Virus record (IMG/VR): IMGVR_UViG_3300045988_156427
Direction: 5' to 3' (one strand)
Length of the DNA: 64,000 bases
DNA from: a virus
Lineage: Duplodnaviria > Heunggongvirae > Uroviricota > Caudoviricetes
A program made the position numbers and the translations under genes. Below, one piece after another: positions 22,648 through 31,282 of the stretch. Under the pieces are notes generated by a model. The model made no database searches. It saw nothing but the letters and a program-made list of their open reading frames with translations, and was not told the DNA's origin. Numbering within the stretch: the stretch's first letter is position 1; every line of letters starts with the position of its first letter.

Positions 22648-23088
22648 ATGGCCACACTATCTGATACAATAAAACCGAATAAAACATATCTTGAGGCGGT
22701 ACTCCGTACAGCGTTGTTAGGAAAGACAGAAGACGAATACGTTGATTTCTTCCTGTCAGGGCTACGCGGGCGATTACTGAAAAATCCCCGCCTGTACCGC
22801 AGCTATGGTCCATACTGGCCGGAAATTAAAAAATTATTACTGGAGCGCGGTTATGGTAATTTCGGTCGTCTCGTTGACCGTGACGTTCGCAAAATTTACC
22901 GTTATGACCGCCCGGCGCTAACACTCATAGCCGCGACGCTCTACAGCCAGGAGCGTTTTGATAATGGTCAGATATACTCAGCCTGGCATTTACTGCCAGT
23001 GCCTGAAGAAGTTGACGACCAGGACTATGAGTTTGAGTCTTACGATTTGGAAGTTGAAGCCTTGGCACAGGCTGGAGAGAAAACTTGA
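22648..23088 (+). CDS. ulx: Ulx (gene upstream of lxc)
   Basis: 146 aa between darB and lxc; positional call. Confidence 0.5.
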   Translation: MATLSDTIKPNKTYLEAVLRTALLGKTEDEYVDFFLSGLRGRLLKNPRLYRSYGPYWPEIKKLLLERGYGNFGRLVDRDVRKIYRYDRPALTLIAATLYSQERFDNGQIYSAWHLLPVPEEVDDQDYEFESYDLEVEALAQAGEKT

Positions 23089-23333
23089 AAAAGCGATACT
23101 ACACAGTAAAGCATGGGACGCTACGAGCATTACAAGAGTTTGCTGACAAGCATAACGTTGAGGTGCGCAGGGAAGGGGGAAGTAAAGCTCTGCGCATGTA
23201 CCGTCCGGACGGAAAATGGCGGACGGTCGTCGATTTCAAAACTAACAGCGTTCCCCAGGGCGTCCGCGACCGGGCATTCGAGGAATGGGAGCAGATCATC
23301 ATAGATAACGCATTGCTCCTGAATGCTGATTAA
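23085..23333 (+). CDS. lxc: Lxc/Bof, C1 co-repressor
   Basis: 82 aa, basic; TTG start with GGAGAG RBS overlapping the ulx stop; size and position. Confidence 0.55.
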   Translation: MKKRYYTVKHGTLRALQEFADKHNVEVRREGGSKALRMYRPDGKWRTVVDFKTNSVPQGVRDRAFEEWEQIIIDNALLLNAD

Positions 23334-23337
23334 GAAC

Positions 23338-23366
23338 TCTCCGGCCTAGGGAGATTAGGCCGGAGA
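23338..23366. terminator. Hairpin between convergent lxc and the SIR2-like gene
   Basis: TCTCCGGCCT-N9-AGGCCGGAGA inverted repeat then AT-rich tract. Confidence 0.4.
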
Positions 23367-23374
23367 TAAATATA

Positions 23375-24679
23375 CTATATAAACTTAGATATAATATCGT
23401 GAATCTGTTGTAGCGGGATTTCTTCCATCTTACTCTTAATAAGAGAGCGGTTAGATGCTGTCAGTGAAGGCCATTTTGTTTTCCAGGCTAGATATGCTCG
23501 CCATGAGTAGCCTGTTTCGTAAGGTTTATTCATATAAGTCATTGAGTGTTCAACCGCATGTATGTATTTTTTCTCAAAGTTGGTTCCTTTTACTTCAAAT
23601 AAACTACCGAAATAAATAAGCCATTTTGCCAGGTGTTCATACTGCTCCCATGCGCCAGACTCTTTAGTAAGATCTATTTTTTTATCTATTATATCACAAA
23701 AAACATTTAATACCTTTTCATCATTCCAGCTATATCCAGATGATGAAATGGAGGAAATGATATGATAAAAAGAATCCTCTAACTTCAAGAACTCTATTTT
23801 ATACTCTCTTCCGTTTTTTATTACCGATTTGATTGAGTGCCTCAATTTGTCTTTTATTTTTTTTGCTTCTGGAATTTTCTTGTTAAGTTTTCTAAAGAAA
23901 TCAGACACCTCTGTTTTATCTATAACCCTAATCCCAAAGCAGGAAAAATAGTAATCTTTAATAGGTTGCAATAGTTTTCCTCGGGAAATAAGGAAAATAT
24001 TGGAGGACATTACGTTGTCCCGTGAAAATACCTTATATTCATTTATAATCGCCTTGAGGTTCGCGTCACTTAGAGAATAGCCAAGAATAACAATAGTGTT
24101 TTCATGTAGAACTGTGCTTAGTTTATTTGAAAAGTAAGAATTACCATTTATAAATCTGAAATAATCCTCGCTAGTAACAACCATATCTGATGGGGAGTCT
24201 ATAGAGCCGTGAACATGGTAGACTTTAACCTCACAATTATATTTTGGAATTGGCAGGCCGGGGGTGATTGTACACGTTCGATTCTCTCCAGCCAGTTTTT
24301 CTGCTAACTTGTCATAATTTGTCGTAATTACTTTAAATGTGTTTTCTTTGAAAAAGTCTTGAATATATTCAATTGATGGATCAAGTTCGATTGAGGCTAT
24401 GATTTTCTCAATCTCCTGGTAAATATTTTTCCCCGAAAGTATAAATTTTAGTGCAATAACCTGAGCAGCCTCTTCAAGGCTAAGGTCTTTTGCTTTTCCA
24501 TCAGGAAATAATTCCTCTTTGAGTGAGTCACCATCCTTCAATAAACCGCACAGTTGCTCCAATAAAGATTGCCAACTTGGGGCTTTATCATCAGAAACAG
24601 CCTTTGAAAATCCAGTGCCTGTAAGAAAGCACAGCCTATGTGTAGCTGCTGCATAGGCAATTTCTATATACTCGCTCAT
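23375..24679 (-). CDS. SIR2-like (DHS-like NAD-binding) protein with an uncharacterised ~170-aa C-terminal domain; candidate NADase defence effector
   Basis: 434 aa; GTGFS (aa 21-25), TTNYD (119-123), VHGS (156-159), ILGYSLSD (198-205) fit SIR2-family motifs; AT-rich island; ATG with GGAG RBS. Confidence 0.75.
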   Translation of the reverse strand: MSEYIEIAYAAATHRLCFLTGTGFSKAVSDDKAPSWQSLLEQLCGLLKDGDSLKEELFPDGKAKDLSLEEAAQVIALKFILSGKNIYQEIEKIIASIELDPSIEYIQDFFKENTFKVITTNYDKLAEKLAGENRTCTITPGLPIPKYNCEVKVYHVHGSIDSPSDMVVTSEDYFRFINGNSYFSNKLSTVLHENTIVILGYSLSDANLKAIINEYKVFSRDNVMSSNIFLISRGKLLQPIKDYYFSCFGIRVIDKTEVSDFFRKLNKKIPEAKKIKDKLRHSIKSVIKNGREYKIEFLKLEDSFYHIISSISSSGYSWNDEKVLNVFCDIIDKKIDLTKESGAWEQYEHLAKWLIYFGSLFEVKGTNFEKKYIHAVEHSMTYMNKPYETGYSWRAYLAWKTKWPSLTASNRSLIKSKMEEIPLQQIHDIISKFI

Positions 24680-24735
24680 TACTTACTCCATTTACTTATA
24701 GTTCTACGGAGAAGTATACCCTAATGCATTGACGT

Positions 24736-25377
24736 TTATAGATAATTTCCTTTTCCTGTTAATACTCCCTTAGGCACCTGTTTTTGTGCCAGCGTTTGGG
24801 TTCCGCGAATTATGTTAATCAGAGGGCTTAGTAACGATGGTTCCTGGCGTGCCTCAACTTCTCCAGCCATTGCCCTGATGTAGTCTGCGCTGGCAACGTT
24901 GTTGTATTCCGTCGCAAAGCAACATAGTAACGTCAGAACATGCTCTGTCGTTATTTCGCTCCAGTTGATGTTGAAAAATTCATCGCCTTTTTTATCGTGT
25001 TCGGAATCGAAGATGCTTTGGTGGAGGATGTATTTGCCGGATTCCTTGCGCGGTAACTTGATCGCTTTCTGGCGTTCCAGCTCCTTGTAAATCTGCATTG
25101 CTTCAATCAGTACCGGCCTGCCGTTCATGAAGGGATCGCGCAACCTTACACGCTGGCCAACTCGACCAGTAATAAAGCTGTTTTCCTCTTCCACCAGCAC
25201 GATAAAACCCTTTTCCTCTTTTTCTCGCAATTCGCGCAGCAGCTGGAGTTCCATGTCGCGGCGGCGTTCAGGGTAGCTGGTCCGCTCAGCCATTATCAGC
25301 TCGTTGTTGATCCATGCAGCAGTCATTGACGCCGGTTTGCCGACGCTCATCGAAACAACGCATATTTTCTTATCCAT
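24736..25377 (-). CDS. Hypothetical protein at the position of P1 mat
   Basis: 213 aa from ATG 25377 with AGGGG RBS; backbone GC content; positional only. Confidence 0.4.
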   Translation of the reverse strand: MDKKICVVSMSVGKPASMTAAWINNELIMAERTSYPERRRDMELQLLRELREKEEKGFIVLVEEENSFITGRVGQRVRLRDPFMNGRPVLIEAMQIYKELERQKAIKLPRKESGKYILHQSIFDSEHDKKGDEFFNINWSEITTEHVLTLLCCFATEYNNVASADYIRAMAGEVEARQEPSLLSPLINIIRGTQTLAQKQVPKGVLTGKGNYL

Positions 25378-25565
25378 AGCGCCCCTACAAAAAAGAAAAG
25401 CCACCAGCGGCGGCTTAGCAATACAACTGAAGGTAGCGCCCGGTACTCAGACTGTGCCGTCCATGGAATATTTGAAAAGGGATCCATCCGTACCGGGCGT
25501 GTGATGATTCTGACTCAAGTCACTTGTCAGTTGTCAATCATTTAAGATTAAAAATAATATATTTA

Positions 25566-26126
25566 TTAGTGCATTATGTTTGCCATTTCATAGGCGTCAG
25601 CCAGCAACTCCATCTCTGACTTGTTCAACAAGGTGAATTCTTTCTTGCCTCCTACCACGCCATCGGCATGAACAGGGACCAGCCAGGGGTATTTTTCTCT
25701 TACTTCAGCCGGTGCTGCATGCTGGTGGTGCCATCTGCAAAGGGGCAATTGCTTTTTGTGACAACCCGGCGCGGTACGACCGGAGATATGGTGCAGAGAC
25801 ACCTCTTCAGATATTACTCCATGCATGTAGCAGGCAATGCAGGGGAGAGTGCCAAGAGCATTGGCGATAGTCTGTTCCTCCTCCGTCGGTGTTCGCCCCT
25901 TCAAGCCACGAGATTTTATTTTTACCGCACTTTTCCGCGTTTTGCTGGCTGGTGGGCGCTCTTTCTGTTTAGCGATACGGCGGTCGATAGAATCCCGCAT
26001 TTTCTGATATTGCGATTCTCGCCAGGCGGGGTCAGCCAACTTTTCCCGTTGCCGAGCGATCGCTCGTTCTCTGGCTGCCTTCTGCCACTCGCGGCGCTGT
26101 TCAAGTTTTTGTTCGATTGTTTTCAT
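25566..26126 (-). CDS. ref: Ref, HNH-family recombination enhancement endonuclease
   Basis: 186 aa from internal ATG; basic N-terminus, Cys/His-rich HNH-like core; C1 operator upstream. Confidence 0.7.
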   Translation of the reverse strand: MKTIEQKLEQRREWQKAARERAIARQREKLADPAWRESQYQKMRDSIDRRIAKQKERPPASKTRKSAVKIKSRGLKGRTPTEEEQTIANALGTLPCIACYMHGVISEEVSLHHISGRTAPGCHKKQLPLCRWHHQHAAPAEVREKYPWLVPVHADGVVGGKKEFTLLNKSEMELLADAYEMANIMH

Positions 26127-26131
26127 ATGGC

Positions 26132-26157
26132 AAAAAAAAGGCGGCCTAATGGCCGCC
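26132..26157 (-). terminator. Intrinsic terminator immediately upstream of the ref start codon
   Basis: GGCGGCC-TAAT-GGCCGCC hairpin with an 8-nt U-tract on the minus strand ending 6 nt before the ATG. Confidence 0.6.
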
Positions 26158-26224
26158 AATGATGTCAAGGAGTGAAGTAATGGCAACGTCTTCGTAGTTG
26201 ACAAAAACTGCGGCCAAATTATAG

Positions 26225-26241
26225 CAATCAATTAGAGCAAT
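26225..26241. promoter_or_regulatory. C1 operator-like site upstream of ref
   Basis: ATTAGAGCAAT core (26231-26241). Confidence 0.55.
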
Positions 26242-26373
26242 GGTATATATTTTGTTTCTCGCGAATCACATTTTTTCACTTCAGTACCTGTGTGCTATAC
26301 TCCTTCTTGATTGATTGGATGCGGAATACAAACCCGCTCTTTTGTGCAGCCTGGCTCCTTGCCAGGCTTTTTT

Positions 26374-26685
26374 TTATTTCATCATGGAAGCGGTTAACGC
26401 TTTGGACCTTGCTGAACTGATTGAAAGGGCATTGTTTACCTTACCCAGGAGTTCGCCAAATTCCCCCATCACTCTAGTAAGCCCGCGCCGCGCTTCCTCC
26501 TCCGTTGCATTCATCACAAAATGTTCAGCACTCCGCATGCTTTTAACGGGGAACGCAACAGATATCGAGTCGATATCAGGCATCCTATCGCTCAACTTTA
26601 CGGTGACAATGACAGATGGCGACAGAATATTAGTGCTTACAGACAGCACTACATATTTTCCGTCGATGTTGAAATCCTTTCTCAT
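26374..26685 (-). CDS. Small protein between cre and ref (position of P1 cra)
   Basis: 103 aa, ATG start, C1 operator-like core just upstream. Confidence 0.45.
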   Translation of the reverse strand: MRKDFNIDGKYVVLSVSTNILSPSVIVTVKLSDRMPDIDSISVAFPVKSMRSAEHFVMNATEEEARRGLTRVMGEFGELLGKVNNALSISSARSKALTASMMK

Positions 26686-26701
26686 ATGCCACCATAAATA
26701 T

Positions 26702-26718
26702 CAAAGAATTAGAGCAAT
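26702..26718. promoter_or_regulatory. C1 operator-like site between cre and the 103-aa gene
   Basis: ATTAGAGCAAT core at 26708-26718. Confidence 0.5.
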
Positions 26719-26735
26719 CATTTACGCGTTAATGG

Positions 26736-27767
26736 CTAATTGCCATCTTCCAGCAGGCGCACCATTGCCCCTGTTTCACTATCCAGGTTACGGATATAGT
26801 TCATGACAATATTTACATTGGTCCAGCCACCAGCTTGCATGATCTCCGGTATTGAAACTCCAGCGCGGGCCATATCTCGCGCTGCTCCGACACGGGCACT
26901 GTGTCCAGACCAGGCCAGGTATCTCTGACCAGAGTCATCCTTAGCGCCGTAAATCAATCGATGAGTTGCTTCAAAAATCCCTTCCAGGGCGCGAGTTGAT
27001 AGCTGGCTGGTGGCAGATGGCGCGGCAACACCATTTTTTCTGACCCGGCAAAACAGGTAGTTATTCGGATCATCAGCTACACCAGAGACAGAAATCCATC
27101 GCTCGACCAGTTTAGTTACCCCCAGGCTAAGTGCCTTCTCTACACCTGCGGTGCTAACCAGCGTTTTCGTTCTGCCAATATGGATTAACATTCTCCCACC
27201 GTCAGTACGTGAGATATCTTTAACCCTGATCCTGGCAATTTCTGCTATACGTAGCAGGGTATTATAAGCAATCCCAAGAAATGCCAGATTACGTATATCC
27301 TGGCAGCGATCGCTATTTTCCATGAGTGAACGAACCTGGTCGAAATCAGTGCGTTCGAACGCCAATGCCTGTTTTGCACGTTCACCGGCATCAACGTTTT
27401 CTTTTCGAATCCGCCGCATGACCAGTGAAACAGCATTGCTGTCACTTGGTCGTGGCAGCCCGGACCGACGATGAAGCATGTTTAGCTGGCCCAAATGTTG
27501 CTGGATAGTTTTTACTGCCAGACCGCGCGCCTGAAGATATAGAAGATAATCGCGAACATCTTCAGGTTCTGCGGGAAACCATTTCCGGTTATTCAACTTG
27601 CACCATGCCGCCCACGACCGGCAAACGGACAGAAGCATTTTCCAGGTATGCTCAGAAAACGCCTGGCGATCCCTGAACATGTCCATCAGGTTCTTGCGAA
27701 CCTCATCACTCGTTGCATCGACCGGTAATGCAGGCAAATTTTGGTGTACGGTCAGTAAATTGGACAT
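26736..27767 (-). CDS. cre: Cre site-specific tyrosine recombinase
   Basis: 343 aa; MSNLLTVHQNLPALPVDATSDEVRKNLMDMF... matches Cre along its length as I recall it; cognate loxP 420 bp upstream. Confidence 0.98.
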   Translation of the reverse strand: MSNLLTVHQNLPALPVDATSDEVRKNLMDMFRDRQAFSEHTWKMLLSVCRSWAAWCKLNNRKWFPAEPEDVRDYLLYLQARGLAVKTIQQHLGQLNMLHRRSGLPRPSDSNAVSLVMRRIRKENVDAGERAKQALAFERTDFDQVRSLMENSDRCQDIRNLAFLGIAYNTLLRIAEIARIRVKDISRTDGGRMLIHIGRTKTLVSTAGVEKALSLGVTKLVERWISVSGVADDPNNYLFCRVRKNGVAAPSATSQLSTRALEGIFEATHRLIYGAKDDSGQRYLAWSGHSARVGAARDMARAGVSIPEIMQAGGWTNVNIVMNYIRNLDSETGAMVRLLEDGN

Positions 27768-27774
27768 TTAACAC

Positions 27775-27996
27775 TCAGATAATGGTTTTAAGTAAAGTGT
27801 ACAGGATCGGCTCTGCCTTTACCTGTTTATGGTTCTCGTCATAGAAACGCCAGCGACCGCGCGTGCGTTCTATTTTCTCTTCACCGCGCGATAATGACAG
27901 TTGGCAACTATCACGATCAAACCCTTTTGCCCGCCAGTAACCACGGTTTTTCTCAAGCTCAAGATGAGTGGACACTTTAGCAGTTGAATATCCCAT
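27775..27996 (-). CDS. Hypothetical basic protein between loxP and cre
   Basis: 73-aa ORF with ATG and AGAGGTG RBS, ends 8 nt before cre. Confidence 0.35.
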   Translation of the reverse strand: MGYSTAKVSTHLELEKNRGYWRAKGFDRDSCQLSLSRGEEKIERTRGRWRFYDENHKQVKAEPILYTLLKTII

Positions 27997-28185
27997 TTTT
28001 CACCTCTGATTGATTGGTGGTGCTAAGTGCGCTACGCGAAATCTGTAGGACTAACACCGCCAATTTTTCACAGATTTTACGTAGCGCAACCTTGATCAAA
28101 TGATCAAGTGGTCACTATTTGACCTGCTAAGGTATTGAACTGTATGGATTTACAGGTAAATTGATCATATTCAATAACCCTTAAT

Positions 28186-28219
28186 ATAACTTCGTATAAT
28201 GTATGCTATACGAAGTTAT
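28186..28219. other. loxP recombination site (ATAACTTCGTATA-ATGTATGC-TATACGAAGTTAT)
   Basis: Exact 34-bp loxP: two 13-bp inverted repeats around an 8-bp spacer. Confidence 0.97.
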
Positions 28220-28262
28220 TAGGTCCGAAGAGGAGTTTACGTCCAGCTGCGCATAAAAATCA

Positions 28263-28279
28263 AGAATTATTAGAGCAAT
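28263..28279. promoter_or_regulatory. C1 operator-like site in the immC control region
   Basis: TTATTAGAGCAAT, 15/17 to the reverse-orientation consensus. Confidence 0.6.
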
Positions 28280-28345
28280 AAATTTTGAGAGAAAAACCCC
28301 ACTCCACCAGCCAAAAACTGGATTGTTTTTCATAGTTGTTTGACA

Positions 28346-28362
28346 ATTGCTCTAATAAATTA
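28346..28362. promoter_or_regulatory. C1 operator overlapping a -35-like TTGACA
   Basis: TTGACA-ATTGCTCTAATAAATTA, 16/17 to consensus. Confidence 0.7.
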
Positions 28363-28600
28363 TAGTTTTGCCGCCGTTTCGTAATACGACTTTGGATTCA
28401 CTATTTAATGTGTCTTCAGCGTTGTAGAGCGGCTCAGAAGGAAATGAGCAAACAGGGAAACCTTATACAACGGCATTACAGCTATGCATTGCTCATCTTA
28501 CACACAGCGCAATGTTGTTAGATTACCCCAGCATGGATCATGGGTGAAACAGTAGGTCAGAGCTTCAGGCTCTGTGTTGTCAATACAGTGAGGCATAATT

Positions 28601-28810
28601 ATGGCTTTCATTCCACCAACCATCGACGACGTTAGACATTGCTCTAACGCTTTATCTGTAGACCCCGCCGAAACCGACGCTGCCCGCGCCATTGCTGAAC
28701 ACTACTCAAAGATATCCAATCAGGAGTACCGCATCACCCAAGACGACCTGGATGATCTCACTGACACAATCGAATATCTCATGGCCACTAACCAGCCAGA
28801 CTCACAATAA
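28601..28810 (+). CDS. coi: Coi, C1 inactivator
   Basis: 69 aa acidic protein directly upstream of c1; GTGAGG RBS. Confidence 0.75.
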   Translation: MAFIPPTIDDVRHCSNALSVDPAETDAARAIAEHYSKISNQEYRITQDDLDDLTDTIEYLMATNQPDSQ

Positions 28811-28855
28811 ATGCACTAATAAATCTATTATTTTCGTTGGATCCTTCTATAATGG

Positions 28856-28898
28856 TGGCCAACAACTCCCAGTGTAATCCGCTGTGAGTTGTTGGCCA
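28856..28898 (+). other. 13-bp-stem hairpin between coi and c1
   Basis: TGGCCAACAACTC-N17-GAGTTGTTGGCCA, no U-tract, 22 nt before the c1 start. Confidence 0.5.
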
Positions 28899-28920
28899 TG
28901 TCAATTCTGGAGGAGGATCA

Positions 28921-29772
28921 ATGATAAATTATGTCTACGGCGAACAACTGTACCAGGAGTTCGTCAGCTTCAGGGATCTCTTTCTAAAAAAAGCTGTTGC
29001 ACGCGCCCAACACGTTGATGCCGCCAGCGACGGTCGTCCTGTTCGCCCGGTTGTCGTTCTGCCGTTCAAAGAAACGGACAGCATTCAGGCTGAAATTGAT
29101 AAATGGACTTTAATGGCGCGGGAACTGGAACAGTACCCAGACCTCAATATCCCAAAGACTATTTTATATCCAGTGCCTAACATCCTTCGCGGTGTGCGTA
29201 AGGTTACTACTTATCAGACAGAAGCTGTGAACAGCGTCAACATGACCGCTGGCCGCATTATTCATCTGATTGATAAGGACATTCGCATCCAGAAAAGCGC
29301 GGGGATCAATGAGCACAGTGCGAAATACATAGAGAACCTGGAAGCAACAAAAGAGCTAATGAAGCAGTACCCGGAGGATGAAAAATTCCGTATGCGTGTA
29401 CACGGCTTTAGCGAAACAATGCTGCGCGTCCATTACATTTCCAGTAGCCCTAACTACAATGATGGTAAATCAGTTAGTTACCATGTGCCGCTGTGTGGTG
29501 TGTTTATCTGCGATGAAACTCTCCGTGATGGAATCATCATCAACGGTGAATTCGAGAAAGCAAAATTTAGCCTTTATGACTCTATAGAACCGATCATCTG
29601 CGACCGCTGGCCGCAGGCAAAAATATATCGCCTGGCAGATATTGAAAATGTAAAAAAACAAATTGCCATCACTCGCGAAGAGAAAAAGGTCAAATCAGCC
29701 GCATCAGTTACGCGCAGCCGTAAAACTAAGAAGGGGCAGCCAGTAAACAGCAACCCCGAAAGCGCGCAATAG
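28921..29772 (+). CDS. c1: C1 repressor of lytic functions
   Basis: 283 aa, GGAGGAGG RBS; downstream of coi and beside pacB; operators spread through the window. Confidence 0.85.
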   Translation: MINYVYGEQLYQEFVSFRDLFLKKAVARAQHVDAASDGRPVRPVVVLPFKETDSIQAEIDKWTLMARELEQYPDLNIPKTILYPVPNILRGVRKVTTYQTEAVNSVNMTAGRIIHLIDKDIRIQKSAGINEHSAKYIENLEATKELMKQYPEDEKFRMRVHGFSETMLRVHYISSSPNYNDGKSVSYHVPLCGVFICDETLRDGIIINGEFEKAKFSLYDSIEPIICDRWPQAKIYRLADIENVKKQIAITREEKKVKSAASVTRSRKTKKGQPVNSNPESAQ

Positions 29773-29797
29773 TTTTCCATCCGGCATGGTCAAATTG

Positions 29798-31282
29798 TTA
29801 TTCATTAAGCCATGCCAGAGCTTCATCAACCTGCGCTTCGTCTTCGACGCTAAGCACTTCATCTTGGGGAACATAGTTCGCCAACATAGCGAAACAATAT
29901 GTATCCCAATGGTCCGGTGAGTGCAGGTTGAGTTTTTTCTTCATATCTTCCTTTGACATCACCTTCCATTGACCTGCGGAATTTATCCCTACCGGTATCT
30001 TTGATGCTTCCTCTATAGTCGCAGCCCCCTTATCAAGCCTCATACGCCCTGATTTTACAGCTTCTGCCGCCTGAATATTCGCGAAAGCGCGCATATCGAA
30101 ATAAAGGCTTTTATCTTCACGGCTGTGCATCTTTTTACCCCAGCGGATACGCTGGACGGTAATGCCATAGCGTTCGTACATTAGATCAGCCGTCGATTTC
30201 CCCAAGCCATCGCCATCAATAGCTATGGTTATGTTCGGGAACCGTTCTGGGTTACATTCTGCGAAAATCTTGGCGGCTAACTGCGTTTCTGTAACGTCTG
30301 TGTATTCCAGCATACGATAGTTGATTACACGGCGTTTATTTCGCTGGCCGGACACCATCATGATATTAATAACGGACTTATCTCGTCCTGTGCCACCAGC
30401 AACGTCAACACATGCAACCCAGCCCCATCCTTTGGCAATCTTGACCTTTCGCCGCGTCGCCCGCTCAACCTCATCACGACCAAGAAGAAAGCCATCTTGA
30501 GATTTGGGAAATTCACCACGTACTTTGATCATGTACATGGGGTTATCACGACCGCCATACTCCGCAAGTTTTGCTCGTATAAATTTTGCATCTACAAGCG
30601 GAGATTCTTCACTATTCAGTATTATCGCAGTAAACAATCCATCAGGATTTCCCGGGCGAATAGCTAGTCTGTGGTGTGAATCGTAGAAATAGCCTGAAGG
30701 TCGCGTAGGCTGGGAAAGAAGCAGAATACGGTTATCCTTACCGGTCAGCGCACCTGTTATCACACTGAATGCTTTATCACTTACACCCGACGCTTCGTCG
30801 ATGATATACAAGAGATGATCGGCGTGTTCACCAGCCAACGCCTCCTCATTTCCGGGGCGACAGGACTTTATCAATATTGTCCAAACACCCTTGCCAGTCA
30901 CCTCAAAAAAAGACGTTTCTGTAAGAATGAAATACTTCGACAACCACGGGAATCTGCTAACAGCAGTAGCCCAATTGCTCTTTATGTATTTGAAAATACC
31001 ATCAAGGACTTGCTGTCTTTTGTTAGCGACCAGAATGACGCGAGCGCCGGGGAAAAACATGATGAAGAGTATTGCAATGATACTCGTCATATCCGATTTA
31101 CCAGTACCATGGCCGGAGGTCACACTTGTCCAACTGCCGTCCTGCTGCGTGGACTCAATGATCTCATCCTGCTGCCAGGTTGGTGTCTTCCCAAACAACA
31201 CATCAGCGGCCGCAATCCAGTCATAACGATATAGCGCCACCAGCTCGCGCCAACGTGGGTCCGTTACGCAACTTCTGGCCAT
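29798..31282 (-). CDS. pacB: Terminase large subunit PacB
   Basis: 494 aa; Walker A SGHGTGKS, Walker [14 protein letters not shown]; TAATG overlap with pacA. Confidence 0.85.

Noticed and set aside
23375-24679. Classic Thoeris, DSR or SIR2-HerA assignment for the SIR2-like gene
   Set aside because: No TIR-domain or HerA partner adjacent, and the protein is far shorter than DSR-type proteins.
22615-25405. Type III restriction-modification genes (res/mod)
   Set aside because: No helicase- or methyltransferase-sized ORF between lxc and the mat-position gene; only the single 434-aa SIR2-like gene.
26315-26806. Plus-strand 163-aa ORF
   Set aside because: Antisense to the 103-aa gene and overlapping the cre 3' end; the operator and terminator orientation favour the minus-strand gene.
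28810-28826. Additional C1 operator upstream of c1 (AATGCACTAATAAATCT)
   Set aside because: Only 14/17 match with mismatches in the core; left as unconfirmed.
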